Shown here in pieces: positions 25,901-38,342 of a DNA stretch of 64,000 nt. The position numbers were made by a program, and so were the translations under genes. Within the stretch, counting starts at the first letter, position 1. The number at the start of each line of letters is the position of its first letter. Source of the DNA: Bilabrum cf. latius (lineage: Eukaryota); the NCBI GenBank assembly GCA_965178125.1, contig OZ237766.1, positions 434,001-498,000 on the forward strand. Reading direction: 5' to 3'. The notes beneath the pieces were generated by a model that was not told the DNA's origin, did no database searches, and was given only the letters and a program-made list of their open reading frames with translations.

Positions 25901-28163
25901 GGTTAATCCACCCTTGAGGGCCACTGACGAGATCCACGTTCGTTGTGAGTCCGTGCTGCTGTCCGATGATCCTTCCGTGATGCTGTTTAACCCAGAAGCA
26001 GAGGCCAAGGGTGGACTGGTGGAGTGGCCTGCCATCGCCGCACTGGGCAGGGCAGGGGCGACATACGAGATCGAGGTGACGTGCTACAGAGGAGAGTCGA
26101 TCCAGCTACCAGGCACTCCACTGCGATCTTCCGTCCAAATGACACCTTGCGGTCCGGGCAAAGAGCCGGCAGGGCAAGGCGGGACCAGGTGTGACGACTG
26201 TCCATCAAGGTCCTATGCTTTGGGCTGGGACGGTGAGCAGTGCAAGTCATGCCCGGACGAGCTAGGATTCGCTTCCTGCGCAGGCGGTCTCCTGTCGCTG
26301 CCGTCGCAGGGATGGTACCTGGTGCCAGACGACGAAGCTGCTCCCTTGTTGAATCAAAGTACGGGAGAAAGGCTGATCACAGCTGCAGCGGAGTTTCACG
26401 AGTGCTTGTACCCCAGCGGATGCGTGATAGACCAAGATAAACGGGCGTTCAGCTGTGCAGAGGGTCACACGGGTCCTCTATGCGCCGTGTGCGACGAGAA
26501 GCTCAATTATGGAGCCAGCTCGACCCCGGGAGAGTGCGTGCCGTGCTACGATGACCAGGCAAATTGGGGCCTGGTGGGGTCAGGCATCGTCGTGATGACA
26601 ATCGGGCTCTTCTACGTGGCTGTGCTGCAGCGCCCTGACAAGCACTCTCGGCTGGGTATCGTGTTCCGCATTGGAATGAACTACATCACCGCGCTGGGTA
26701 CCCTAGGGCTGTACAAGGCCAAGGGGACAGAGACGTTCCGGATGCTGGTTGGATGGACCGAGACAGCCGGCGCCAGCCTGTTCGCTGGCAGCCCCTTGCA
26801 GTGCGCAGTGCGACCGTCGTTTTCGGCGATCTTCTTCACAGCCGCTGCTTTCCCATTCGTGGTGAGCGCTGGGGCCATCGTGCTCAACCTACTGGCTTTC
26901 TCGTTGGAAGCTTGCTCGGGGACTAAGATCAGACATCGGGACCTAAGTGGGCTGTGCAACCTTGTCCGATGCCTCGGACACGACGCGAATAAAAAGTTGC
27001 TACCAACACCTGCTCCATAGCTAACAGAGGCCCCGACGAACATCTCGTTCAGATCTGTTAACCCCATGTCGATGCAGCAGCTACGGGGTTCACAAGATGC
27101 AGGCTTAGTAGAGGGCGGAACCCGAAGCGTTAAGGCTGTCAGTCTAGCCGCAGCCACTGCAGCCACTCCAGACTCAGGCTCATCCCCCTGGATGTCGCGC
27201 CGGACATCAATTCATGCAGTCAAGGGCAAGGCAAGCCCATTCGAAGCCGTGTATGACTATTTCGTGGAGTTGCGGTTCTTGGGGACTGCCGTGCTGGTGG
27301 TGTGTCTCTCATACGCGGTGGTGTCCTCCATGGCACTGTCAGTATTTGACTGCCTGCCCGATCCGATTGGGGGTCGAGTCTACCTGAAGAGGGACCTGCG
27401 CGTGGAGTGCTACGTTGGAGATCACGTTGCGTTGCAGGCCGGTGCAGGGCTTGTGCTGTTGGTGTTGGGACTTGGCCTGCCGGTCGCGGTGGGTATCATG
27501 TTGTCACGTGTTTCACAGTATCGACTGGACAACGATGATGTTTTCTTTGAACAGTACGGGTTCTTGTACAAGGGGTACGACACTGGGAGGGGGCTGCAGT
27601 GGTGGGAGGCCATCGGGATGGTGCGCAAGGTGGCCATTGTGGCGATCGGATCGCTGATCAAAGAGCCCTACAACGCCGTGCAGTTTTCAATATCGGTGTC
27701 CGTGATGGCCTTGATGCTGCATTCGTAGTATCTGCCATTTAAGGAGAACATCTTCAACCGCATCGAGACGCTATGCCTGGCTGCAGTCACTGTCACCTAG
27801 ATTATGTCAGTGCTGTACCTGCGCAGCGAGGACCTGGTGCTGGAGGAGGAGGCTCAAATCGAGGCAGCCGGAGAATCGACGGCCAGTCTAATTTAGTCAG
27901 CAGGAGATGACGATTCAGGCAGCGTTGCTGGTGTTGAGAACAGCACGCTTGCATCTGGAGAAGAGAGAGCACTTGGCTCTATTCGAGATCGGCTCGCTTC
28001 GACCGAAACGCTCGTGACGGCGATCTTATGTTTCGTTAACTTTGTGGCCATGCTGTGCCTTGTGGTGACACTATGGCTAGTGCGGACCAAAGACAATGTC
28101 CGATTGGCAATGCGTGAGAGTAGCCCTACGACGACTCCCGCATCCGGATCTGGGTTACGGTGA
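7914..28163 (+). CDS. Giant (~6,300 aa) multi-pass cell-surface protein: N-terminal hydrophobic segment, RCC1/crinkly-like Cys repeats, GGA-rich beta-helix-like region, internal repeats, Cys-rich stalk, C-terminal multi-TM domain; exons approx. 7914-8063, 8158-8256, 9354-9452, 9550-9885, 9978-28163
   Basis: 24 consecutive track ORFs from 9891 to 27066 lie in the same + frame and end in TAG; I saw no TAA or TGA until 28161-28163. Motifs include CLVKRSGDVQCWG, GGVECWG, GGAI/GGAL/GGCV, CAEGHTGPLCAVC, YGFLYKGY...WWEAIGMVRK and LPFKENIFNRIETL. Confidence 0.85.
8594..9030 (+). mobile_element. Dispersed repeat family B, copy 1 (intronic; probable transposable-element remnant)
   Basis: About 430 bp highly similar to 63456-63878, from aaactggcgaacgctgcccctc to gctggcctcaccaacta. 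Lies in the unusually long intron 8257-9353. Confidence 0.7.
19784..24670 (+). repeat. Near-identical in-frame tandem duplication, period 2,457 bp (819 codons): 19784-22213 and 22241-24670
   Basis: ORFs 20151 and 22608 encode nearly identical 686-aa stretches with only a few substitutions; the offset of 2,457 is divisible by 3. Confidence 0.97.
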
Positions 28164-28350
28164 AAATGTATCGAAAATATAGTTTCGTTTGACTGCACTG
28201 GGCAAATACATCCGGATTACAAGCAACACGCATCTTCGGATAAACAGTCTTGGATCCATCTAGACTCTAATCATCCTGGATTTGAAAGACAGCAGGCAGT
28301 CCCACAGAAGAACCCCATCTTATCTACAATTTACCTCTAAGCTAGATGGA

Positions 28351-31041
28351 TCATGACACGGTGCATCCCCCGCCCTGATCAGTGGAAGTCTGAGTGCGCT
28401 CGGCCTGAGCCCGGCACTCGCCCGCATGCAGAGCCTCTTTCATCCTCGGCACGAGTACCTTTGCAAGCCGACCTGCCGCACCGCCCACTGAATGCTAGCC
28501 ACTCGATCTGCTAGTATCTCTCTATCCGCTGGCTGCAGCAGCCCCATCATCGCCCGCAGCCGTCAAAGCATCGGCAGCAGCTGACTTGTCCGGATCCGGA
28601 TATGCCCCCGATGTAGCCACTGGCACAGACCCCAGCGCGGCAATGAGTGCAGGCGTCGCCAGAGTGCTTGGGTCAAGCAAATGTCGACGGTAAGACATGT
28701 CCGGCTCACCGTACTTTGGCGGCAAAGGCTGCATGAGCGCGGCAGTGTCATCGCCAGTGATATCGGCAAGCACGCGGAGCAGGGGATATGCCGCTGCAGC
28801 AGCCGCATCCGGTTGGCCAGGGTGCTCTAGCCGCACGCAGTCCAGTGCGTGGGCGATATAGTCGCCGATCACGCTCCCAACATCTGTATCGACCTCCACC
28901 CTGTGCGGCGCGGCAGCACCTTCCGTATTACGGGCCTCGCCTCCGCCGGAGTCATGATCGCTTGCACTGGGCTCCCTCCGAGGTGATCCCCTGTGCTTAC
29001 CCCTGCCACCACCACCACGTTCACCGCCATGATCATTACCACTGCTGCCACGGAGCCACTCGCGAGACCGGTCAAAGAAGTGAACGGATTGCAACCAGAG
29101 CAGCGCAATGGCTTTGCCCAGCTTATCGTGTGAAGATCCAGCAGCAAAACTTCCCGACTCCTGAGCTGCACCTGCACTAGCATTTGCAGCGGTCGCACTA
29201 GCAGCCCCGGCTGTCCCTGTCCCAGCCCCTGTCCCTGTCCCAGCCCCAGCCCCGAGCAGCTCCCGCTTCACCCCTTCAATCAGTCCGTGCATGCTCTCAG
29301 GCTCGCATTCAATCAGCGTCTCGGGCGGCATAATAACCGCCCCATCATCGGCTGCTTCCGCCTGCCCTGCGACCTCACCGTCCCCAGCAGTGGTCCCAAT
29401 CGCCTGTATCCTCCTCGCCATGGCGCTGTAATCCACTCCCTGCAGCTGCACGAGCCGCAGTGCAATGCACCTGGGGAACACGCCTCTGATGGCGGCCTTG
29501 CCTCGCTCGCCGATGGAGCATCCGCTCATGAAGAGCTCCTGTAGCGTGCGGTTTCTGGTTATAGCGCCCGCCAAAGTAACAGCACCCGAATCTCCGATTG
29601 GGTTGCCCTCAATCGTCACACGGACAAGGCTCTGGTTCCGGTTAAGGCCCTCGGCGATTGCAGTAATGGAGGCAGGCCCCAGCCCGCAGTTGGCCACCAG
29701 CAGCTCCTGCAGGTGTACAGCCTGACCGATACCCTCGCCCAGCGCACTTGCAGCTGTCGCACATTTGTCAGCAGAATCGCCGCCATCATCATCGTCATCA
29801 TCATCGTCATCATCAGCCTGTGCGCCAGCCGCGGTGATCCCATGCCCGCTAATGTCAAGCACTTGCAGTGAGGTATTGGTCGCAAGACCGCGGAACAGGG
29901 CTTCGACATGCGCGGCGCCGATGGTTGCGGAACTTCCTTTTGGCTCAGACAGGATGAGCCGACGGATGCGGCATCCCGGGGCGGCGAGAAGTTTGCCGGC
30001 CGCAGCGAAAGCTCGGCCACCAGACCGACAGTTCATCGCGCCGATCGTCTCGAGGTACTTGCAGTGCACTGCACCTTCGATCACCGCCACAAGCGCGTCG
30101 TCTCCCAACGCGGGGTTGTCGTTGACGTCGAGCAGCTGCAGTGCGCTGCACCCTGCCAGTAGGCTACCCACAGGGGCACCGAACGACCCGTCCAGGGCGC
30201 ACCCGCTCAGGTTCAGCTCGCGAAGAACGTTCGCTGACGAACCTTCCCCGAGCCCGTCAAACAGTTTCTCGGCCCCCTCTGGGCTCAGGACGCTTCCCTG
30301 CAGGTCCAGCACCTCCAGGGTGCAGCGCACTGCAGCGAGGCCTCGAGCGATGCCGGCGCATCCGTCCGGCCCTAGGTTGGGCATGTGGCAGATGGCAAGG
30401 TGCTTTAAGGAGACGGCCGGCGGCGATAGAGGAACACCGCTAGAGCCTGCAGCTGTGGTTTCACTGGCATTGCCTGATGGTGAAGAAGCCGTGTCCAGCG
30501 ATGGTGCTGTTGTTCGTGGTGCCGATGCAGACGGGGCTCCTGCAGACGCACCTGCTCCTGCTCCAGTGGAGCCACCGCTTTTCCCTTCTGCACTGCTCGA
30601 TGATAGGTCGCTCAAAAGATCTCCGATTGCGATTCCTGAAGCTGCGCCCAGCTTCCATGCTCGCCCCAAGCTGATGCTGGTGAGAGTCGCTAGGCTGTTT
30701 CTAAGCGCTCCGAGCAGAACTACAAACTGCTCGTCGGTGACAGGCGACTCGTGCATATGTATCGAGCGAATGCGATGGTTGGACCGCATTGATGCTGCCA
30801 TGGCTCGCACTTCGTGGTCTCCGTAGCACTGCCGACCGAATGAGATCATGTCACTGTTCTTGAAGTGCTCCACAAGCCTGGCGGCAGTGGGGCTAAGGAG
30901 CCCCTGTGTAAGAAAAGCCTACCAGTAAAAACAATAATAAAAAAGATGCCTGCAGCTCTAAAAGTCTTCGAGTGTATCAACAATGGCTAGGCAGCTTACA
31001 CCTTGGCTTCCGTGTGACCCTGCCGCTTCTGTTGCTGCCAT
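28351..31041 (-). CDS. RNI-like leucine-rich-repeat protein ending in a CaaX box (CTVS*); exons 31041-31000 and 30903-28351
   Basis: LRR motifs LRELNLSGCAL, LQLLDVNDNPALGD, NTSLQVLDISGHGI and NRTLQELFMSGCSIG. Reading through TAG at 28522 extends the frame to ...DQGGGCTVS-TGA at 28351. Confidence 0.85.
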
Positions 31042-32404
31042 TCTACCCAAGCTGGGGCACTTGATATGACTTTCAATATGTCCGACCGTTATATTGCCTA
31101 ACTATGCAACACTTAGCCTCAAACTTGGATAATCTAGACAAAAGTTGCCAAGAACGGATGCCCCGGTTGGTTCCGCAACCAATTGCGCGGTGCCACGATC
31201 CCGGGTTTGCGGATGCTGGTGGGACATGCCTGTGCATCGAAAAAGAACGCAGCGAAACCGCCACGAGCTGCCTGATCTGCTCCCGACCACCCATATCCCA
31301 TATCCGGATGTCGCTTGCATGCCGGGCATGGTCCCAGCGCTACACACACTCAACTATTAGTGGCCCATTGTCATGTTCGTACAGTGCTCGCATTGATATC
31401 GTTCCTTCCAATACTAGCCCAGTCCTTGCATGACAATGCGGGCGCTGCAATGGAGCGATCAACTGGGCAGGGGTAGCGGCAGGCGTCCCAGAGCTTCAGG
31501 CGCTTCGACGGCTGCTCTGTGTGCTATGTGGATTCCAGGCATCGTGGCACGATCTAGGCACATCCCAGGCAGTGAGAGCACGTGGTTTCCCACCAGGGAA
31601 CGGTGGCTTGCGCCTACTGCGCGTGGTCGGGGAAAGACCGCAAATCACGAGACCCCAGCATCCGGTCCCGCCGGCGGATGCAGCTGGTGCAAAACCGGAA
31701 GAAGATTTCGAAAAAAGGCAAACGGAGCGCAAGCGGTCATTAGTTGGCTGCTGCCACATTCATCTAAACTTATATATGGATCAGGATATACCTTGGCCTA
31801 TGAATTAGCACTATTCTCCGGTTGGGCATCGCGAGGGGTCTGCAAGCCCAATAAGCGACCTTAGTGCTAGAGCTCCAAATATAAGTAGCTCATTGAGGCG
31901 CGATTCCAAACTGGACATGCGATCCAGATATTTCAATCCATTATTGGCCTTATATTCTGGCTCGGTATTGCCGCCATATCCGAGGGCGGCACCTTTTGAT
32001 TCAGTATCGCGAATTGCGTTTGTCGTGAGGTATACGCGATTATTTTGCCATGCTTGCCCTAACTGCGCCAAGATTTATTAAATTGAAACTATGACACTTG
32101 CTGCCGCAGCTACCACGAACGAGCGTAGTCCCCGAGTTTGCTGCCCAGGCACTCGAGCGCGAGAATGGAAGCACGCTGGTACAAGCAGTAAAAGCAGCAA
32201 GGCATCCTACGCAAGAGAGATGAGCTGAACCAAATTAAATACTTGTCATGGTGCAGACTTAAAACCGCGGTGGGCAAAGCTGCATGCTTCGGAGCGATAC
32301 GATTCGTCGGAACTTGAGGAAATGAGCCCGTCTACCAGCTCGTAATTTTGCTACTAGTCAGCTTTACTTAAATAGCACCATTGTAATTTATTTCCCATAG
32401 AGGA

Positions 32405-34093
32405 TTACGCCGCCGCAGCTGCAGTGACCATCCCTGCACACAGTGCTCCCAAACCTGCGACGCTACCACAAGCTCCAGCCACGGTCCAAGCCGGTGCTGC
32501 AGCGAGACACACGCATGTAAGGCCCATAGCTGCAGTCGTTGTGAACCACAGTCCCGTATTAACCTGCGAGCAGCGAACGCTCTCGGGAAGCCACCTTTTG
32601 GTGAACTCGGCAGTTGCCTTGGCTTTCTCCCACACGAGTTTGCGCGTCTTCTAACCTCCAGAGCACGCCTCACTGATGGCATCCACGATGAACTCCAGAA
32701 GCGTTTGAGGTAGGCTGTTGGCACCAGCATGGTCGCGGCTGTGCCCTTTTTCTTGCTCTTGCGCTTGGTTGTCCTCTTCCTCTTGCCCGCCGTCTTGCTC
32801 TTCCACTGGCTGTATCGCCGGTGCTTGTGCGGGGTTTTGTTCCTCTACTATACCCGGGCCTGAAATGGTCTCGAAACCATAGTCAATAGCCTGGGTCCGC
32901 AGACTTTTGGCGTCGTCATCTGCGGCACCAAAGAACGCACCGGCGGCTACCTCCGCCACGCATTTCACTCTTTTGTCCCGATCCCCAGCTCCGGTGCTCA
33001 TGGGCTGACCTTGTTCGCACTTCTCCCTCATGCTCCTGCGGGCTGCATCATCCGCTGCTTTGATGAAATCTTCACGTTTTCGTTGGTACAGGGTGTCGAG
33101 CTTGCTTTTGGCTTGGCGTTCGACATCGCTACGATACCCTGCAAGACGATTCGGGTTTGCATCCTGGCGGCCCTGCCGTTGTATCCGGATGTCATCTCCC
33201 ACCTCGGTTTCGATCCTGGACTTTTGGCTAGAAAGCCAGCGCTATTCATTGGCTTGGATCGTCTATTTGTATGCCGCTTCCACCCTACTCGGTGTTCTGA
33301 GATCATGCTGGAGGGCGTCCGCGGCTGCCTACTGGTAAATCGGTTGCAGCGTGTTTTCAACGTGCTTTTGGCCCGTTGCGATCCCTTTGTCTGGGTCACC
33401 GGAACGTATCATTTCAGCCTCAGCTATGTCTGTAGCTGCTTCAAGGCATTTGGCCTGCCGCTAGCCCGCCCACATACCCTGGACCCGCTGGTACGCTCCT
33501 GATTTCGCGAGATCTACTTCGGCATCTGAATACTCGCTCTCATCTCCAAGATTCCAGTCGAAGTCACCCATGGCTCGTGCAAGAGCATCGGCTGTGGATG
33601 CCTACCGGTCTCTCTGTACGTCTTCGTCGGATTCAGGGGCTTGAAGAACTTGCAGAATTCGTTCGCGGCGGCTCATTCGAGGCGCACCGGATGCATCCGC
33701 CGATTGAGAAGCGCTCTAAAAATCGTCTGCGGGGTCTGTAAGAGTGTTTGTTGTATCCGTATGTAGTGCATGGCTTGCAGCACCGCCATAATCTCCAGTA
33801 CCCGCACCGCTTGCGGCCGAGCCATCTTGTAGCGCGCCGGCGGCACGAGCGAGATCGCCCGAGTCCGGCTCGCCGCTTGAGCGATGGGAACACAGGGAGA
33901 CAAGGCTTCGTGCGCTGCCGCGGCTGTCCGACGAACTTTTAGAATGGCTGGAATCATTGGATTTGCGTCGACCTGGTGCAACAGAGTCCGAGGTTGGCCA
34001 TCTATCTTCAGGCTCATCCAGGTTGCGCTGCTGCGGATCCTCGTCAGATGAACTGCTGTAGTCTTCCTCATCAATGTGAGGAGCTGATGCCAT
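32405..34093 (-). CDS. Unknown protein, tandem family member 1 (~560 aa; acidic N-terminus, hydrophobic C-terminal tail); ends in TAA
   Basis: ORFs 33716, 32651 and 32405 share one frame; the gaps, translated by hand, contain only TAG. Shares a motif block with members 2 and 3. Confidence 0.65.
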
Positions 34094-34510
34094 CGCTGGC
34101 TGTTGATAGAGCTGTCAATACGTCAATGGGTATCGAGTCTCTTGACTGGAACCTTGTGCTACCATGTGTGATTTCGCGTAGTGCTCGCAACCCGCCTAGT
34201 GCTACCCGTGGATCGGAGCAATCGTCTCTGATGATGCATGGTCGCAAGCCGGGTATGGGAACGAGCAAGGCTAATTCTTCTCGGTCCAAGCTTCTGATTA
34301 GCAATCTTAGCTTACAACGGCGTATTGCGAGCTCATGGGCTGCAAACGCCTGAAATCATCCGAATGGATCCATCACAGGATTGGCACACGCCAGCCCACC
34401 CGTCTAATCAGTTCTGGTAGTTCGCTTACTGCATAATATACACGCAATTCGGCATTTAGAATCAATCATACAGGGTATGTCTTGATGGAGCTGTGCATGT
34501 GCGCGGCCCG

Positions 34511-34750
34511 TGACCGGACTGACCGGGGGCGGGAAGAGCACGTGCACCACTCCGCAGCCGAGGAGGAGGGGGTCGGGAGAGTGGGCAAAGGATTGCCCAA
34601 TCTCCGCCCCTCCCCAAAACGCAGAAACGGTATGCACGTCATCGACAAGTCAACTGGTGGTATCGGTCGCGCCGTTCAAATGCGACCGCCAGCGCCAGCA
34701 GGACCCCACATGGTCCTTCTGGCGCCTCCCACTCCGACGGCAACACCATC
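34511..34750 (+). repeat. Dispersed repeat family A, copy 2
   Basis: Similar to 6936-7160; intergenic between tandem family members 1 and 2. Confidence 0.8.
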
Positions 34751-34844
34751 AAAGACAAAAAATAAAAAGGGCAAGAATACAACCGGCTGAATCTGCTGTC
34801 TACGAGATAAAGCTCACGGAATGAGCAATGCATCGCAACGGCTC

Positions 34845-36344
34845 TCAGGCAGAAGCTGCGCATGCGTATCTCACCAGCCCACCAATGGCCAAGCCGCCTA
34901 GGACCAGACCGGCCGTAAGCAGCACAGCTGGCAGAAAGGCAGCTACAAGTCCAAGACCGACCCCTGCTACCACCACACAACATGCATACGTTGCGATTGA
35001 TTCGTTACTCGTGGCTGGCTTCGGTACATGGAACGTCCCCCCGTCCAGATTTGACGGGCGCCCGGGCGGGTCCGGTGTGAGTAGCCCTCCGACGGGTTGC
35101 ATACCGCGCGTCTGGATACAGATTCTCTACACTGCACGCCGTCGAAGTTCAGGCGCCTGCTGGTCTGCGATGGTGAAGAATTCGCTCTCGGCGACTGCCG
35201 CCGCAGCCTCGACTCTGTCGTTCCGGTCTTTTGTGCTCGTCCCCACCGGCTTGCCGTCTTCCCCACGTTCAACGAAGCTCTATTGCGCAGCAGCGTCTGC
35301 CTTCTTGATGTATTCCGGACGAGCATTTTGGTAGGCAGCTTGGAAGTATTCGCAGGCTTGGGTTGCGGCGTGGCGGATTTGCTGCTCGTTTGCCAAGCCA
35401 GCGCCCGGGTCCTCTCGCTGTACGAGAGTCTGCACCACTTCTTCAATTGTTTTCTTTTGCCGCGGGAGCCAGTCATTTTCTTCCGTGGCCTTGATGTTCA
35501 CTTCATAAACTCGTCTGACGTGCGGATGGGCTGGAATGTAGCGACTCGCCGTATGCACTGCACAGCTGCGCGAAACGACTTCCATGGTTCCCCCAATGGT
35601 ATCGATACCAGCTTCCCATGCCCTCTTGCGGTCTCCATGCCCTCGAAACTCAGCTGCAGCTACTTCTGCAGCTTGCTGCTGCAACTGCCCTTTGTGGTTG
35701 CTCCAGTGGGAGTCGATGCGTTCCTCTGTGATCCGCTGTGCAGTGGCCAATTCGTCCTGCTTGTACGCATCCTCTATGCCCAGCAGGCAGTCCAGATCGC
35801 GCATCACGCATTCGAACGATTCCTTCTTAACAGAGTCAAGCATTTTATTGAAACAGCATTTAGACTCAGCCACTTCGTACTGCCCCTCGAACGCCGCCTC
35901 ATGGCAACCTGGCGGCACTGATTGAGGGCTACCCTGGCATTTGCCGGCAGAAGAGTCTTCGCTCGAGTCACATCGAGAAGTTTTGCCAGATTCCATGCTC
36001 TTTTCACCTGCCGTATTCGCTCCCGCCCCGCTCGAAGGCGGCCCTGCGTTGGAAAGTGAGTGCCCTAGATCTTGCGGTTCAGGCTGGCCTTTCGAAGGAC
36101 CGCAACTTGACGAAGACCCGCCGCTAGCATAATATGGCATGTTCCTGCAGCTAGATGGATCACCAAGCTCACTAGAATCGTCTTTACCGCCTATGCTAAT
36201 CGGAACTACCGCCCCATGCTCGATGCCTTGCGGATCGCCGTCCGATTCACTATCGTAGTCGACAGCGCCGGTAGTCCCGGCAGTCCCTTCCGCAGAAGTT
36301 TTTCCATCTGAATTGTACTTTTGAACCGAGTTGTTGCCCCCCAT
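34845..36344 (-). CDS. Unknown protein, tandem family member 2 (~500 aa; MGGNNS possible N-myristoylation site, hydrophobic C-terminus)
   Basis: ORFs 35280 and 34845 are in the same frame, joined across TAG, and end at TGA. Motif YIPAHPHVRRVYEVNIKATEENDWLPRQKKTIE. Confidence 0.65.
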
Positions 36345-36707
36345 GTTTGGTATTGGAGGGAGTCCAACGCACAGTGGTCAAACTGACAAACCACGTCGGC
36401 TTGCTCAATGATCGTCATACGATAGCCTTGTGCTACTAGTAGTACTCGACTAAACTCTTAGTAGCTCTAGGTTCTCGAATCTGCAGGCAGGGCCTATTGA
36501 GTGCTCTTGCCGCCAAAGACACCTATGGTAAAAGCAACGTGTATGGTCCAAGTTGGACGTCAATGCACCGGGCCTAACTTGGACAGCTTGCAGGCGGCGC
36601 CATCCTCGCAACTAATTGTACTCACAATCCGTGGTGAGGCTTGCCTGTACTCCACATTTGCCTCTGCACCGATACCACACCAGCACACAGCATTTCGATG
36701 ACCCAAT

Positions 36708-38069
36708 TCATAATAAGCTCTCCTTGTCCTCCTCCTCAAGTTCCATCGGTACCACCATGGAAGGTACCATGGCTCGAAATACAGCGGCCGCTAGTCCCAA
36801 AGCAATCGTGGCCCCAACAACCGCAAAGGTGCTTGTCACGGCATTTACCCAGCCATCATCAATTGGGGCCACCTCAACCTGGTCCTCGTGCTGCCCGTTA
36901 GGCAACATCCTTCCCGCCATGGGCTGCAACACGGCATTGGCTGTGCCCGCTGCCTCATTCGGAGTCGTACTAGGCGCCGGTAGGACTGCCTGGATGGCAC
37001 TGAACCTCATCCCAGGGGCATCCTACTCGGCCTGCTGGATGTAGGCTGCCAAGGCGGCGTCCACTGCCAGCTGCACCCGGCTGTTGCGGTCCTGCTCGCC
37101 TGTACCCACCGGTTGGTATCTCACGCAGTGACGAACCATGGTTCGGCGCGCAGCGGCAAATGCAATTGACATCCACTTGTCGCGTTCTTTTTCGTGGAGT
37201 TTGGTGTACTTGGTGTACGCTGCCTCTGTTGTTGCGACTACGCTCGCCCTGCCCTTAGCGGCATGATGATCGCCATGATCGGCTCCTGCTAGGGTAGTCT
37301 CCCTCGCTTCTATAATAGCTTGGGCATCCGCTCGAATCGTGGATCGCTGCTAGGGCAACCACGTGGTGTCTTCATGGAGCTCAATCGCAGCCTAGCAAGC
37401 TGCTTTCACTCGTGGGTGAGTGGGCAACCAGTTCTCGATTGCTTCGGCGATGAGCTTGGAACTCGACTAGGCCCATAAGTCTTGGACTAGTACGTTGAAT
37501 TCAGCGCTGTGTGATGTAGCGGCTACATGCAGACTGAGGGGGGAATCGGCACTCCCAGTTTGGGGCGAAGCTGCTCGACGCAGTGCTCGAAGTCTAGCTC
37601 GCTCTTGCTCTGCCTCCCAGTCTTGAAGCAGTCTCTCCCCGATCATTGTCTCCGCCACAATCACCTGTTTGGGAGAAAACGCTTGGTAATCGCCAATGAA
37701 CATGTCCAATGAGTCCATCATCTGCATGAATCCAGGGTGCACGACTTTATCCACGACGTCGTGCAGCTACTCGTTGTTCTGTTGGGAGCTTGATCCCAAC
37801 ATGGTCAGGTTCGACCCTCCACTCCCGGTGGGAAATACGTTAGACTGTGTTGCACCCACTAATTTGAGGCTGCAATTTTCCTGCGCTGTATTTCTCCCAC
37901 GCGTTCTTGGGAACTGCGAGGAAGTTTCCTCACCGATACCTGAACTTGTATTCAGGCTGGCGTCGAATAAGTCTCTGTAGTTCATCAGAAGTCGACGATG
38001 CGAATCTATTGATGCTGTTCCGCGCGCAAGCATATTTGCGCCGAAAGGTAGTATAGACTCTATGAGCAT
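36708..38069 (-). CDS. Unknown protein, tandem family member 3 (~450 aa; hydrophobic C-terminal segment); start codon uncertain
   Basis: ORFs 37767, 37467 and 36708 are in the same frame, the first two ending in TAG. Motif WLPTHPRVKAAC[Q]AAIELHEDTTWLP[Q]QRSTIR. Confidence 0.6.
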
Positions 38070-38342
38070 GTGTAGGGGGCTTGTTGGCACCGCGCAATTC
38101 GTTCAGCGGAACCAGTAGAAAATTTGATCCGATCAATGTGGGCTCAATGCAATCAATGCGGGCAAGATCACGTACTCCGTTTAGTGCTCGTCGAAGCTGT
38201 CGCCCCTAGACAAGACACCGGACCGGACTCTGGATTTCACACCTCAGGCTGCAGTGCACGCACACCAAGCCAATCGCATCAAGCCAATCACGTGAACCGC
38301 TCGAAGGTATCATCACAATCACCAACTTCACCGCCGCCATCC

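Noticed and set aside
29765-30826. Long antisense ORFs over GC-rich genes (also 35097-35921 and 40198-41019)
   Set aside because: They are shadows of genuine genes on the opposite strand and have no recognisable motifs.
31100-32350. Short ORFs between the LRR gene and the tandem family
   Set aside because: No consistent frame or recognisable motif, even allowing TAG=Gln.
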